Shown here one piece after another: positions 12,598 to 25,029 of a DNA stretch of 60,805 nucleotides. A program made the position numbers and the translations under genes. How positions within the stretch are numbered: the first letter of the stretch is position 1; every line of letters begins with the position of its first letter. The DNA comes from Chiloscyllium plagiosum (lineage: Eukaryota): positions 61,279,588-61,340,392 of the forward strand of contig NC_057719.1 of the NCBI RefSeq assembly GCF_004010195.1, in the 5' to 3' direction. The notes below the pieces were generated by a model, which saw only the letters and a program-made list of their open reading frames with translations, did not search any database and was not told the DNA's origin.

Positions 12598-12959
12598 TTT
12601 GGAAGGTCAAAGATTGATCTCTTTCTTCCAACTTGGAGAAACACCAATAGCTTGGATAAAGCAGTTGGATAAAGTTTGCACAAGTTTTACATAAAGCTGG
12701 ATATGTAAAGTAGTTGCTCCTGAGAAAAGGAGATCATGCAGAATTAGATTAATAGTTCTCGAGAAATACACTACTTCAATGTAAGGTGTTTAATTTTAAA
12801 GTTCCAGACCAGATGTTTTTTATGAAAACCCTGAATGGCTAGTTTGAAGCTAAGTTGTGTGAATGTAAAAGGAAGAGACTAGCACATTCAAGACAGGGAA
12901 TTAAAATCACAGTTACATTTAGCCCTGTGTTATTCATTGGTGTGAATACTGTAAAGGAA

Positions 12960-14905
12960 TGCTTTTGGGATTGTATTGAGGGACCAACAAGAGCGACATA
13001 CATTACTGACCTCATCCTCTTCAACCTGCCTGCTGCAAATGCAATTATCCACATCAGTATCGACAGGAGTGACCACCGCTTAGTGTGTGTGGGAATGAAG
13101 TTCCATCTTCACATTTAAGTTATCTTCCAACGTGTTGAATACAATACCTTCATTTAAGTGGAAGTGGTGTTATATTTTCGCTGGGCTAGAATCTAGAGGC
13201 TCACACTAACATTCTAGCAACACTGGTTTGAATCCACTAGTGAAATCTGAGTTAAACAAAAATCTGTAATTCAAAAGAGATCATGTAGCCATTGGAAAAT
13301 TATTGTCAACTGTCAGGAAAAAAAAAAAATCTGGTACTCTAATGTCCATTAAAGAAGGAAATCTGTTGTCTTTACCTGGTCTGGTCTACAGTTGACTCCA
13401 CACCCATAGCAACATAGGTATTAAGTGCAGGCTTAGCCAACATTCCACAGATAAATAAAAGTGCTAAGTGGGACAGATATTGAACAGATATAACATCTTA
13501 AGAATAAGCACATAAGGTGCTGTGGGCCACCACTAATAACCAAAGTGTATTCAACCATAATCTGGAACCCCATGGCCCAGCATATCTTACTGTCTTCCAT
13601 TATCATCAAGCCAGGGGATCAAACATAATTTAGTGAAGAGTGCAGGTGGATATGCAATGAGCTAAACTAGGCTTACATAAATTTGAGGTGTCAATGTGAT
13701 GAAGCTACAACACAGGACCACATGCGTGCCAAACGGTATAAGCAATAAAGTAATGGACAAAGACAAGTGATCCCATAACCAATGGCTCAGACGTTCTGTA
13801 GTTCTGCCACAGTCAGTCATGAATGGTGAACAAATAAGAAAACTCACTGGAGGAGGACACATAAGCATCTCCACCTTAAATGATGGGGGAGCCCAGCACA
13901 CCACTGTAACAGATAAGACTGAAGCATTTGCAAAAACGTTTAGCCCAAAGTATCCAATATATGGCTCCTCACAGCCTCCTCTGGAGGTACCTGGCAGCTT
14001 TAAGTCAATTTGATTCATTCCATAAGATAATCAAGAAAAAGTCAAAGGGTATTGGATAGTTCAAAAGCTGATAATTCTCTAGCAATGGTACTGATCTGTG
14101 CTAGCCACATCCCTAGCCAATCAGAAACAACAGAGCAATAAAAATGGCACCTGCCCAACAATGTGGAATATTGCTCAGGTATGTCCTGCACACAAACTGC
14201 AGGACATATCACATCAGCCAATTTCTGCCTTATCAGTCTACTCTTGATTATGGACAAAGTGATGGAAAGGGTCATGTACAATGTTACCAAAAAAAAATTA
14301 ACCATCACCCTTTGACATTCAGTAGCATTATCATCATCAAATCCCTTACTCTCAACATCTGGGAGTCACCATTGACCAGAATCTGAACGGGACTAGCCAT
14401 ATAAAGACTATTGCTACAAAAGCTAGGAATCCTCCTGACTCCCCAGAGACTGTCCACCATCCACAAGATAAAAGGCAGGAATATGATGGAGTACCTTCCA
14501 CTTGCCTAGAGGGGTGCAACTCCAATAACATTCAAGAAGCTTGAAACCATTCAAAATAAAGTAGCCCACTTGACTTTACACCCTCCCTCTAACACCACAT
14601 AGCAGCAGCACTGCATACCATCTACTCGATGCACTCCAGGACTTCAAGGCTCCTTCGATAGCATCTTCAAAACCTAAGACCACTACCATCTAGAAGGACA
14701 ACAGTAGCAGTAACATGGAATACCGACTGCACATTTCACTCCAAGCCACGTCACCAAAAGATGTCATCCCTTCACTGTCACTGAATCAAAATCATGGAAC
14801 TCCCTCCCTAACAGCATTGTGGGTGTAACTGCAGTAAATGGACTGCAGCTACTTAAGATGGTAACTCACAATCAACTTCTCAAGGGCAATAAATGATGGC
14901 CATTA
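12960..14905 (+). mobile_element. Old L2/CR1-group LINE, internally deleted
   Basis: Endonuclease remnant DLILFN..SIDRSDH; later MEYLPLA and KKLETIQ; 3' end CTTCTCAAGGGCAATAAATGATGGCC. Confidence 0.8.
13160..13460 (+). mobile_element. tRNA-derived SINE (non-HE1 family) nested in the old LINE
   Basis: GGTTTGAATCC B box, GAAGGAAATCTG..TTACCTGGTCTGGTCTACA core, A-rich end; related to 22890-23190 and 42645-42965. Confidence 0.7.
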
Positions 14906-14937
14906 ATGTAGCCTCTATAACTCTAGATTTTGAAACC

Positions 14938-14986
14938 TTTAAGGGTCTCTACTTTAAGGGCCTCTACTTCAAGGGCCTCTACTTCA
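14938..14986. repeat. 15-bp tandem repeat, about 3.3 copies
   Basis: TTYAAGGGYCTCTAC units. Confidence 0.92.
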
Positions 14987-15724
14987 TCCTTGTTTTGTCA
15001 AATTGCTTTTTGTCATTCTCCAAGCTCATTCTAGACAACTACTGCAAATCTGTCTTTTCTATGATGCTGAATTCCTTTCACAAGTTTGTGATCTTTTCCA
15101 AGTGCCATATGATTTATTTAAGAATTATAAAGTATTTTCTGGCTTCCAAAACCTTAACTTGTTTTGCCAATTCATTTTTGCCTTATTTCTCTCCATCTTG
15201 CACATTTAACCGATGTATATATTTGTAAGTAGTTTCTTTTTGTTCTCTCAATAATGATGATATTTCTACATTCACTGGCCCCCAGTGGCATTTCGATGCT
15301 AACTTTCAGTTATCCACTAAAACATCTTCTCCCTGTATCTCTCTGTTAATGTGTCCATATTTCACCATGCCTTCAACAAATAATCCAGTCCTCAATTGTC
15401 CAACATATTTTAGGTGAAATTCATGTTGCCTGTTGACTTTCTGTGACTTATTCAGATTCTGTAAGTGAGCAATCACTGTCAATTAAACTCGAAGAGTATA
15501 CCCTCATAGTGTTGGTTGCCATGATGTAATATTACCAGTTTTCCATCACTAGCTATGATGTTACTTGGGCCTTTCCACAATTTCTGCCCTCTTATTTTGA
15601 AATATATGTGCTGTCTGGATTTAAATTTATTTCCATGGCCTTATACGATGCTGCATGGCACAAAATTTCATTGACATCTCATCCTTAATGAATGACCTTC
15701 TCCCTGCATGCAGAACATTCCAAT

Positions 15725-15820
15725 TATTTCAGTCAACCTGCTTGGACATGTTTTGATGCACACCCAGGCCTAACTCTGACCTTCTAGCCCAGAAGCACGT
15801 TACCACATTTCCACAATAAC
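15725..15820 (-). mobile_element. Short tRNA-like SINE, decayed
   Basis: TCAACCTGCTTGGACATGTT resembles the reverse complement of the AACAGGTTGAT tail at 26443-26710. Confidence 0.45.
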
Positions 15821-16204
15821 TGAAAAAATATTTTTAATCGATATGTTTCGACAAACCTGTTGGGTTTTTAGGGCTGAAATCCCAACATTCAGCCCCAAGG
15901 CATTGGAACTATTATTGAGCCACAAGGCTTCTGCTAATGCAGGGCATTTAATTGCTCAAAAAATTGGACTAATTATAGTCCTGTGCCAAACCAAGAGATG
16001 ATCATTCATTCCCAAAAGAATGTTTGGATTTTTGATAAGAAGCAATTAACATCGACAATAGCCCCAATCATTTGCAATGAGTTCTTCAGATGGACTTCCC
16101 ATGTTAAGTCAGATGTTAATGTACAACTTGGTTAGTACACTAAGATTTTATGAAGCATCTCACCTATTACTGCATGATTTATTTTACGTATGCCACTGCT
16201 AAAG

Positions 16205-16830
16205 AGACTTTCTGCTCACATCTTTCAATTACTCATTGGCACCTCTCACTTATTTAAAGTAAACTCGATCTGCCCATATCTGCAATTATTTGCAGTTGTA
16301 TCTTTGTCAACTTTCTACACTATCCACAACTTTACCAATCTTTGTATTGTCTGTAAACTTACTCACCCACCCATCTACATTTTCACATATATCAAACAGC
16401 AGAGGAGATATATATATTATATATATATATAATATATATGTATGTTTCAAACAGCAGAGGCCCCCATACAGATCCTTGTGGAACACTTCAGCCTGAAAAA
16501 CCACTTTCAACCACTGCCTTTTGCCTTCTGTGAGCAAGCCAAGTCTGAATCCACGTGGCCAAGTCACTGTGGATCCCTTGCATTTTAATCATCTGGATGA
16601 ACCTACTGAAAGCCTTATAAAGTCCATGGAGACAACATCCATTGCTCTACCGTCATGGATCATCTTTGTCATCTCCTCGAAAAATTCAATCCTGCCCCGC
16701 ACAAAGCCATGCTGACTGTCCCTAACTAGGCCAGGCTTTTCCAAATGCATTCAAATCCTATCTTTAAGAATTCTCTCTAATAGCTTCCCAGCCACTGATG
16801 TGAGACTCACTGGTCTACAGTATATTGGAT
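16205..16830 (-). mobile_element. CR1 LINE RT fragment
   Basis: Minus ORFs YCRPVSLTSVAGKLLERILKDRI and VSKFTDNTKIGKVVDS. Confidence 0.9.
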
Positions 16831-19800
16831 TATCCCTCATTCCTTTTTTGTCACCATTATTTTTGTTACTGCCGAATATTCCATTTGAATCATGGAGGCC
16901 TCTGGAAATGAATAATTTCTGAGAGATTTCTTTAAAAAACATTGATTATTTCATTTTGGACAATATATTGCTCAATGGATTTCATAACGGATTGCATCTA
17001 AAACACCTGATGACCATGCCCCTGAGATTCCAGGGCTTATTGTTTCTGTTTTAGTTCCCCAGCTTCTGTTATTGTTGTCATTTTAAAAAAATTAAAAATT
17101 CCTGAATTTGTTCCAAAACCTGTTTCTTTCTGAACATCTATTTCAAGTTAATATGAAGAAACTATCCATGTTTAACCCATATACAGTCCAAAACTTTATA
17201 GACTTGAACTGAGTTGGAAGTGTTTTGAATCTTCTATGGAATAAACAATGCCCAGCTTTGCTTCATATATTAGCTTACAAAGGACAACAAACAAAAATAA
17301 AGAATGAGTTGCAGAGCTAGAAAAGAACTTGGATATGTACCAAAAAGGGGACAGCCAGCCTTAACGTATCGAAAGAATCATGCAGAAAAAGTGCAATGAT
17401 TGAGCATAGAAGGCTAAAGTCAGAGTAGTGACTCACAGTTTTAAAGAGAAACATGGAGATCAACTTTAGAACAGGCTTGCCTACTACAGTAAAAATTATC
17501 TTCAACAAACTTCTGGGTCTTTTAGCAACATACTCCTGGAAATACAAATCAATCAATATAAAGGATACATTTCTTTCCAGAGCAAGAAGTTTCAAAGCAA
17601 TATATTTTTGAAATCTCCTAAAGAACCAGGTGAAACAGAAGGGAATTAAAGAAGTATGTTCATGGATTGAATGATGCAGCAAAGATCGGGTATTTCTCAG
17701 TTCGATCCATCTTGCTTACAGTTGGATGCATTTCAGCTCCAAGCAAACCAACAATGCTTTATTGGCATCTTGGAGAAGCACAGAAGCATTTTGAAATATT
17801 TTTATGTAGAAATCAGAATGATTTTCTGTCAGGAAGCTCTACGGATTTTGAACAACATGCAACAGATAATTTTATTAAAAACAGGTTAATTTAAGAATAA
17901 AAGTCAGGCTTCAGAGGTTCTATAATTAGATAGGAGTAGAGGTTCAACAAGAAAAAAATGACTTTGGTTCAAGTCTTACCTGCAAAATGTTAATTGATTC
18001 CAAATAAATTGCACCAGGTGCTCACAAGGATAATTTTGCATACAGGGAAGAAACAGATCAGATAAGAAGTTTGATTGGACATTTAAGCTGGTTGTGCACT
18101 CAGACGAGGCCCTGATACTAGTTATGACATTAGTATGACTAATTAAGTACTATAATAAAACATGAAACTGTTGAGGAAGTCTTGAGAGCAAAGAAAACAT
18201 TAAACAATAAAATAATGAAAAATACACACTTGAGTTTCCACCCTTGTTTGACTCAGAAGCCATAAAGCTAGCCCTTTGTAGTAATGATTCACGTGGTTAT
18301 TCAAATACAGCTGGGCCATCACTTTCCTGGTGGAAAAGAATAATAAATGTTGTCTGCTCACTTGGGAAGTTAAGAAAGTAAGAGTAGTTAAATGTACCTT
18401 AGATATTGGAATTAGCTGCTAATAGAAGCTATAAATGCAGAGGTATTTATTCCGATATTTGAAGAAAATCTTATGTCAGAGAAAATGCGAGACAAGTTTG
18501 CATATGGAATACTATGTGGGTAGTTGTTCTCTTTGGGGCAATGATTACTTGAGAATGTAACTTTTTAAAAAAGTCTTGCGATTTACATATGACAGAAGTG
18601 AAACTAACATGGTCATTCTAACAGATGAGAGACAACAAACAATCAAGGTATTTTTCAATATATAATTTCAGTTACATCACACTGTAAACTTTTGCTATAA
18701 ATTCAGAATTTCAGAAAGAAGTTTCCAAAACAAATGGCTTGATAAAAGTTATCGGTTAACAGATTGTTTATCAAAAAAAGATGCTTCTAAGAAATTATTA
18801 GGCATCATCAAATAATTGAGGATAAAGGAATACTGGAGGCATGAGGTGGTTCAGGTTATAAAAACAATATTTTTTGCTTGGTCGCTTTGTGATTAAACTT
18901 TGTTTCATTTAAAGAAACAAGGGGGAGTACAGAAGGTTGATTACTGCATATGGGTATGAAAAATATTGTAACTGATTACTTACATGGGAAGATATAAAAT
19001 ATGAAGTACCATTCAATTTAATTTTCATGCACTTTAGATGTTTTAAAGCAGTAATAAAACCAGTGGTTAAGCAACTAATTGAGGTTAGTTGAATAATTAA
19101 GATATTAATGGTGAAACAGATGGACAACACCAACTACAAGACTGAGTTATTCAAAAACTTGAATTAAATGAAATTGAATGCCATCTTATGTTGACAAACA
19201 GATTCACAATAAAACAAGATTGCCTTTTCCAAAACTTCTTCTACCCTTAAATGAAATACTTTTCAACACTGTGAAATGGAAAAAAAAAACTAATGTAAAC
19301 ATGTCTACCATGCTTTACAGTTGCAAAAAGATGTAAAGAGGGTTTCATGAAAAGAGCTTTTCATCCTTGACTGGCATGTGCTATATAGCAGGGGCCACTG
19401 CATGCAGTTTTCATATTAGCAAACCTTTCCACAAATTAGCAGTACAACATTCATAACTGACGTTAAGCACTACAAGATATCTACAGTGAAAAGTGCAGTA
19501 CAAAAGACATTACTTGGACCAGATTTCTAATCCAAAAATACACCTTGTTCACTTCAACACACATCAATCATAATGTTAATCTTTGCATGAAAGCCACATC
19601 ATCAACATTCACTTTCAGGGTTCGTGTTAAAATACTATTATGTCAGATTACACCTACCCAGTCCAGTGATTCTATGCTATTGAGTGATAAAATGAAAAAA
19701 TGTTTGCATCCAATTACTTTATTAATCACTGAACCAACACAGAAGTATTTTGCTAAAAAAATTAAAGATTAAAATTGATCATTTGTATTAGATGACAAAA

Positions 19801-19982
19801 CAAATGATGATCTTTGTTTGAATGCATCCACTGCACAAAAATAAATACATCTGAAGAATGAAAAAAAGTGGAGATCATCTGCAAAAGTGCAGATCTGTAA
19901 CACAATTTCAGTTCCACTTTCTTAGGAGATCACTCTTGCAAGGTTGTAATGTTACCAAACCATGCTTCTGCGCTGCTCATAC

Positions 19983-20375
19983 AGTCGTAGAGTCATACAG
20001 AACAGAACAGACCAGTCAATACCGAACATAATCCCAAACTAAACTAGTCTCACTTGCCTGCTCCCGGCCCATATTCCTCCAAACCTTCCCTATTCATGTC
20101 TTCCCTATCCAAATGTCTTTTAAACATTGTAATTGTATCTGCATCCACCATTTCCTAAGGAAGTTCATTCCACACGCAAACCACCTACTGTGTAAAAAAC
20201 GTGCCTCTCAACTTTTTTTAAATCTCTCTCCTCTCACTTTTAAAATATGCTCCCTCGTCTTGAAATCCCCCATCCTATCTGTACTATCATTAACCTATCT
20301 GTACCTGTCGTTAGTTTATAAACTTCTATCAGGTCGCCTCTCAACTTCCGACACTCCAGTAGAAAAAGTCTCAGG
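19983..20375 (-). mobile_element. CR1 LINE 3' fragment
   Basis: Starts with reversed tail GTAGAGTCATACAG; homologous to 44777-45150. Confidence 0.85.
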
Positions 20376-20379
20376 CCAT

Positions 20380-21209
20380 TGGCACGACATGGCAGTGAAC
20401 ACTTCTGTTAATTAAACCAAACACCCAGAAAAGCTCACCTCACCTCGTAAGCTGTTAAAATATGAGTGACAGACAACTCCCCAAATTCCACTATTTAAAG
20501 AAAATAATATCAATTTATTCTTTAACTCAAAAAGTGAACATTAAACAACATTCACAACTCTAAGCCCACCTTTCTCTTAACTGCTTATTACTTGCCTCCA
20601 ACTCTGTAACAATATACTGTTCCAATAAAATACTTATTAAAATTAGAGTCATAGAGATGTACAGCATGGAAAAAGACCCTTCGGTCCAACCCGTCCATGC
20701 TGACCAGATATCCCAACCCAATCTAGTCCCACCTGCCAATTACATCAACTTAATTTCAAAACCATACAGCAGCTGTAGTCTTCAGTGTCTTTCTTCTTCA
20801 GGTTGAAGATCTCCCTGGATCATCTTCATTCTTTTTACTGTGAAGATGTTTCATATGAAAAGGTACCTTTGATAGAGAGTCTTTCAATGTCTGGGTCTCT
20901 CTCTCTTTATGGCAGTTGTTCTGTCTGATTTTCAAAATGTCTGCCTTTATAATATACCCCGAACTTCAGATCATCTCCTTTGTTTGATGTTGGCAAAACA
21001 ATAAATTCAAACTTGATTGAGTTTTAGTATCCTGGGGCATTATTTAAATTGACTGGTTAAATTCGAATTGTTGTCAAAATAGCAACCAACTCAGGTACCT
21101 GGTTCACAGCTGAATGTTACATATTTTCGATTTTCTATTACACTGAGAGAGAGCTCTTGTAAGCTCTGAGTGCAGAACAATATTCACTTTCTCTGAAATG
21201 TACAGTACA
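20380..21209 (-). mobile_element. Solo LTR (Gypsy/Gmr1-like) containing a CR1 3' tail at 20643-20737
   Basis: TG...CA ends, minus-strand AATAAA ~20515, layout similar to LTR 28102-29051; nested tail flanked by AATTA. Confidence 0.65.
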
Positions 21210-21210
21210 C

Positions 21211-21560
21211 GCCTTCAAATCTGCCCCTCATCTTTTTTAAATTTCTCTCCTCTCACCTTAAAAATGTGCCCCATACTCTTGAAATCCACCATCCTAGGGA
21301 AAAGACCCTATCTACAGCTCTCATTATTTCATAAACTTCCAACAGGTCACCTCTCAACCTCCTACACTCTAGCAGAAAACGTTCCTGCCTATCCAGCCTT
21401 TATTTATAATTCAACTATTCCATATCAGACAATATCCTGACAAATCTCTTCTGAACCCTCTGCAGCTTGACAACATCTTTCCTATAACTGGGTGACCAGA
21501 CCTGTACACAGTATTCCAAAAGAGGCCTCACAAATATCATGTATAACCTCAACATGACTT
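21211..21560 (-). mobile_element. CR1 LINE fragment
   Basis: Reverse complement encodes RPLLEYCVQVWSP and DVVKLQRVQKRF. Confidence 0.85.
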
Positions 21561-21814
21561 ATTAAAAACCTCAAAACACTGCTCAACTGTTAAATCATCA
21601 ATAGCTATGCCAAAATTGAAAAACTTAAATACATATTTCGGGTTACATAAGGCCATCAGCCTTGTGGATGTTTACACCATATCTTAATTGAGCTCAGAGC
21701 TGACCAACTATAATTCCTCACCTCCTGACCACGTGAGGAACCAAGCCAATTCAGGAAACCTCTTTCTTAAATTACATTATAACCCCTGAAAAGCAACTGA
21801 GGCAAACTCGAAGA

Positions 21815-21975
21815 AATGTGTCCAGGGAGTGCAGGCTCAGTGGATTAATGATAGGAAATATAGGGTTACAGGATGGAGTGAGTCTTAGTGGAGGATGCTC
21901 TTCTGAGGGTCGGTATGGACTCAATGGGCCAAATGGCCTGCTTCCACACTATAGCGTTTTGATTCTATGATCTAT
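21815..21975 (+). mobile_element. 3' part of HE1/CR1-type element
   Basis: GGTCGGTATGGACTCAATGGGCCAAATGGCCTGCTTCCACACT and GATTCTATGA tail. Confidence 0.7.
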
Positions 21976-22520
21976 GAAATCTCAAACCCATCACCTTTAC
22001 TTAAACTCTTACCTTTCTTCTGTTGTAGTCGCATCCCTTTGCAAAAATATATTACCATCTTCTCACAAGGAAGTCGTGCTTATTGACATTTCCACAATGA
22101 TGTTCCAGAAAAATAAAACCATTACAACATTCAATATCACTTCGTTTTATTACACAGCTCCTGTTGCTAATATTTTATCATGAACTCATTTTTATGGGCA
22201 TAGGAAAGGCAGCTTAAGTTATTATGGGTGTGGGGGGCAATAAAAAGTGATTTTTTTCATTCATTCATGGGATATGAGCTGGCATAATACATCTTCTTCT
22301 TGTAATTTTTCATGTTGCAGACTAACAAACAGAAGATACAGCTTTAAATTAAGGAGACCGTGAAAAGAGACAGCTACCGTCTCAAAAATCATGTTTACTA
22401 GAGCAAATTTTGAGTCATCTACAATGTTGTTTTCCCCTGGAATAGTGAGAGCAAAGCAGACACCAGAGTCAATGAGCGCTAAACGACAAGACAACAACGT
22501 GCCAACAATGTTCTGATTAC

Positions 22521-22574
22521 CTTCTGGCAAAGTGAACATGGCTTGTGTAGAACAGTGCAGCAGGGAACCACAGC
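22521..22574 (-). other. Candidate 54-nt cassette exon of an unidentified host gene
   Basis: tatgctttctctttgcAG acceptor, AAG|GTAATC donor, length divisible by 3, no stop in any frame, unique flanking sequence. Confidence 0.45.
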
Positions 22575-22605
22575 CTGCAAAGAGAAAGCATAAATAAATC
22601 CACCT

Positions 22606-22720
22606 GGGCTCCTGTTGTGCAGTGGTAGTGTCCCTTTCAGTGAGCCAAGAGACCTGGGGTCAACTCCAAACTGCTCCAAAGGAGTGTGATAACATCTTCA
22701 AACAGACAGATAAGAAAATA
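22606..22720 (+). mobile_element. Short (~115 bp) tRNA-derived SINE
   Basis: GCAGTGGTAGTG A-box-like and GGGGTCAACTCC B-box-like motifs; similar to 26443-26560 and 26595-26710. Confidence 0.7.
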
Positions 22721-22889
22721 CTTTTGAAAAAAATCTTTCATGTGCAGGTACCAGAAAGTCTCCAGTCACAACTACTAAAGAAGAAATAAAATGTTTTCTT
22801 TTTCCATCCTGAATATCAAAATCTTGTATGTATATTCATTAAGGACACATTTTAAGAAGGGATCGAGTTTGACTTTAACAGACTTTTTT

Positions 22890-23190
22890 TACATTCAGTC
22901 ACAAGATGTGGGTGTCACTGGCTAGGCCAGTAGTTATTATCTATCTCTAATTTCCCAGAGGGAAGTTAGGAGTCACATATAGGCCAGATCAGGAAAAGAT
23001 ACTTCTCAAAAGGAAATTAATGAACTAGATGGGTTTACACAGCAAGTACAGTTGGTTAGGATAACTTTCAATTCCAGATGTTATTAAAATTGAATTTAAC
23101 TTAGAATTGAATTCAAACCTATATCCCAGAACATGAACCTGAGTTTATGAATTACTAGCCCAGACCACCATTCTACATCACTGGCTATAA
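22890..23190 (-). mobile_element. tRNA-derived SINE (same family as 13160-13460)
   Basis: GATGTGGGTGTCACTGGCTAGGCCAG reversed tail, GAGTCACATATAGGCCAGA core. Confidence 0.75.
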
Positions 23191-23339
23191 GTTAGCAATT
23201 CATATTTCCTAAGAGCCATTAGTTAAAGTCAATTTATTCATAATAAAGATATTTCCTTCAAAACACAAAAACTTGGCCAGTGTTTTCTTTTAATCCTTCA
23301 TCAGACATGTAAATTGGGGAATTTGGATAGTTTGGCCAA

Positions 23340-23570
23340 ACTGTTTAAGGAGGGAGGGAGGCAGAAGACAGCAAATAATAGCAAACAGAGAGTGGGCAAA
23401 GAAGTGGCAGACAGAATACAATGTGGTAAAGTGTAAGGTTATGCACTTTAGTAGGAAAAAGAGGTATAAAGTACTTTCTAAACATAGGAAGGCTTCCAAA
23501 ATCTGAAGCAAAAAGGGAGTTGGGAGTCCTCGTTGAGGATATTCTGAAGGTTAACATGCAGGTTTAGTTA
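23340..23570 (+). mobile_element. CR1 internal fragment
   Basis: EWAKKWQTEYNVVKCKVMHF; parallels 24070-24265. Confidence 0.85.
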
Positions 23571-24900
23571 GCCTGACCTTGGTGGTTGGTAAGCTTTTAC
23601 AATCCATTATTAAGGATGTGATTGTGGAGTACTTGGAAATGCATGGTAAAATAGGGCTGGGTCAACACAGCTCTGTCAAGGGAGGACATACCTGACAAAT
23701 CTGTTAGAATTCTTTGAGGTAATGAACAATTTAGAGAAAGGAGAGCAAGCAGAAGTGATTGATTTGGATTTCCAGAAGGCCTTTGACAAGGTGCCGCACA
23801 GGAGGCTGCTAAGTGCGGAAAGAACCATGGTTTTAGGGTCAAGGTACTGATATGGATAGAAGATTAGCTGACTGGCAGAAAGCAGAGAATGGGGATAAAG
23901 AGGTCTTTTTCAATTTGACAACCAACTCCACGAGTAGAGTTCCACAGGGATCAGTGTTGGGACAACTATTCACATTAGACATTAACAATCTGGACAAAGC
24001 AACTGAGGGCACTGTTGCTAAGTTTGCAGATGACACAAAGAAGGTGGAGGTACAGGTTTGTTGAGGAAGTGATTAAGGCTAGGACAGTGGGCAAAGAGAT
24101 GGCAGATAGAATACAATGTGGGAAACTGTACAGTTATGCACTTTAGTAGGAAGAAGAAGCATAGACTATTTTCTAAACATGGAAAGGCTTCAGAAATCTG
24201 AAGAACAAAGGGAGTTGGGAATCCTAATTGAGGATTGTCTGAAGGTTAACATGCAGGTTCAATTGGCAATTAATAAGGCTGATGCAATATTAGCATTCAT
24301 TTCCAGAGGGCTAGAATGCAAGAGCATGATGTGCTGCTGAGGCTGCATAAGACTTTAGTCAGGTTGCATTTGGATATTGAAAGCAGTTTTGGGCACTGTA
24401 TCCAAAGAAAGATGTAATGGCTTTGTAGTGGGTCCAGAAGAAATTTACAAGCGTGATCCTGGGGGTTGAAAGGCTTCTCATATGAGGAGCAGTTGAGGTC
24501 TCTGAGTCTGTATTCACAGTGTTTAGAAGGATCACAGGGCACCTCAGTGAAACTTACAAAATACTGAGAGACCTGAAAAGAATGGGCATGGAGATGCTTC
24601 CACTAGGAGAGACTGGGACCTGAGACACAGTTCTAAAGGAAGACCCTTTAGAACTAAGATGAGGAGAAATTTCTTCAGCCAGAGAGTGGTAAATCTGTGG
24701 AACTCATCAACGTAGAAGGCTGTGGAGGACAAGTATCTTTGAGAGAGAGATGGATAGGTTCTCGATTTGCAAAGAGATCAAGCATTACATGGAGAAGACA
24801 GGCGAATAGGGTTGAGAAACCCTATCAGCTATGATCGAATGGTAGAATAGGTTTGATGGGCCAAATGACCCAATTCTGCTTTTATATCTGATGGTTTAAA
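23565..24900 (+). mobile_element. CR1 LINE, RT to 3' end, decayed
   Basis: LDFQKAFDKVPHRRLL, VPQGSVLG, AKFADDTK, FFSQRVVNLWNS; GATGGGCCAAATG 3' end. Confidence 0.93.
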
Positions 24901-25029
24901 CATTTTCACATTTTCAATGACTCCAAGAGTAGTGGGGCTTGATTTCCAACACAGTGAGATGGGACACTAACAAGATTATCATATATAAGTACAGAAGGTG
25001 GTAATGAGCCATGTTCTTCAACAATTGTA

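Noticed and set aside
17312..17345. ARKELGYVPK resembling an SDR/3-beta-HSD C-terminal motif
   Set aside because: Ten residues only, with stops close on both sides and no other family motif
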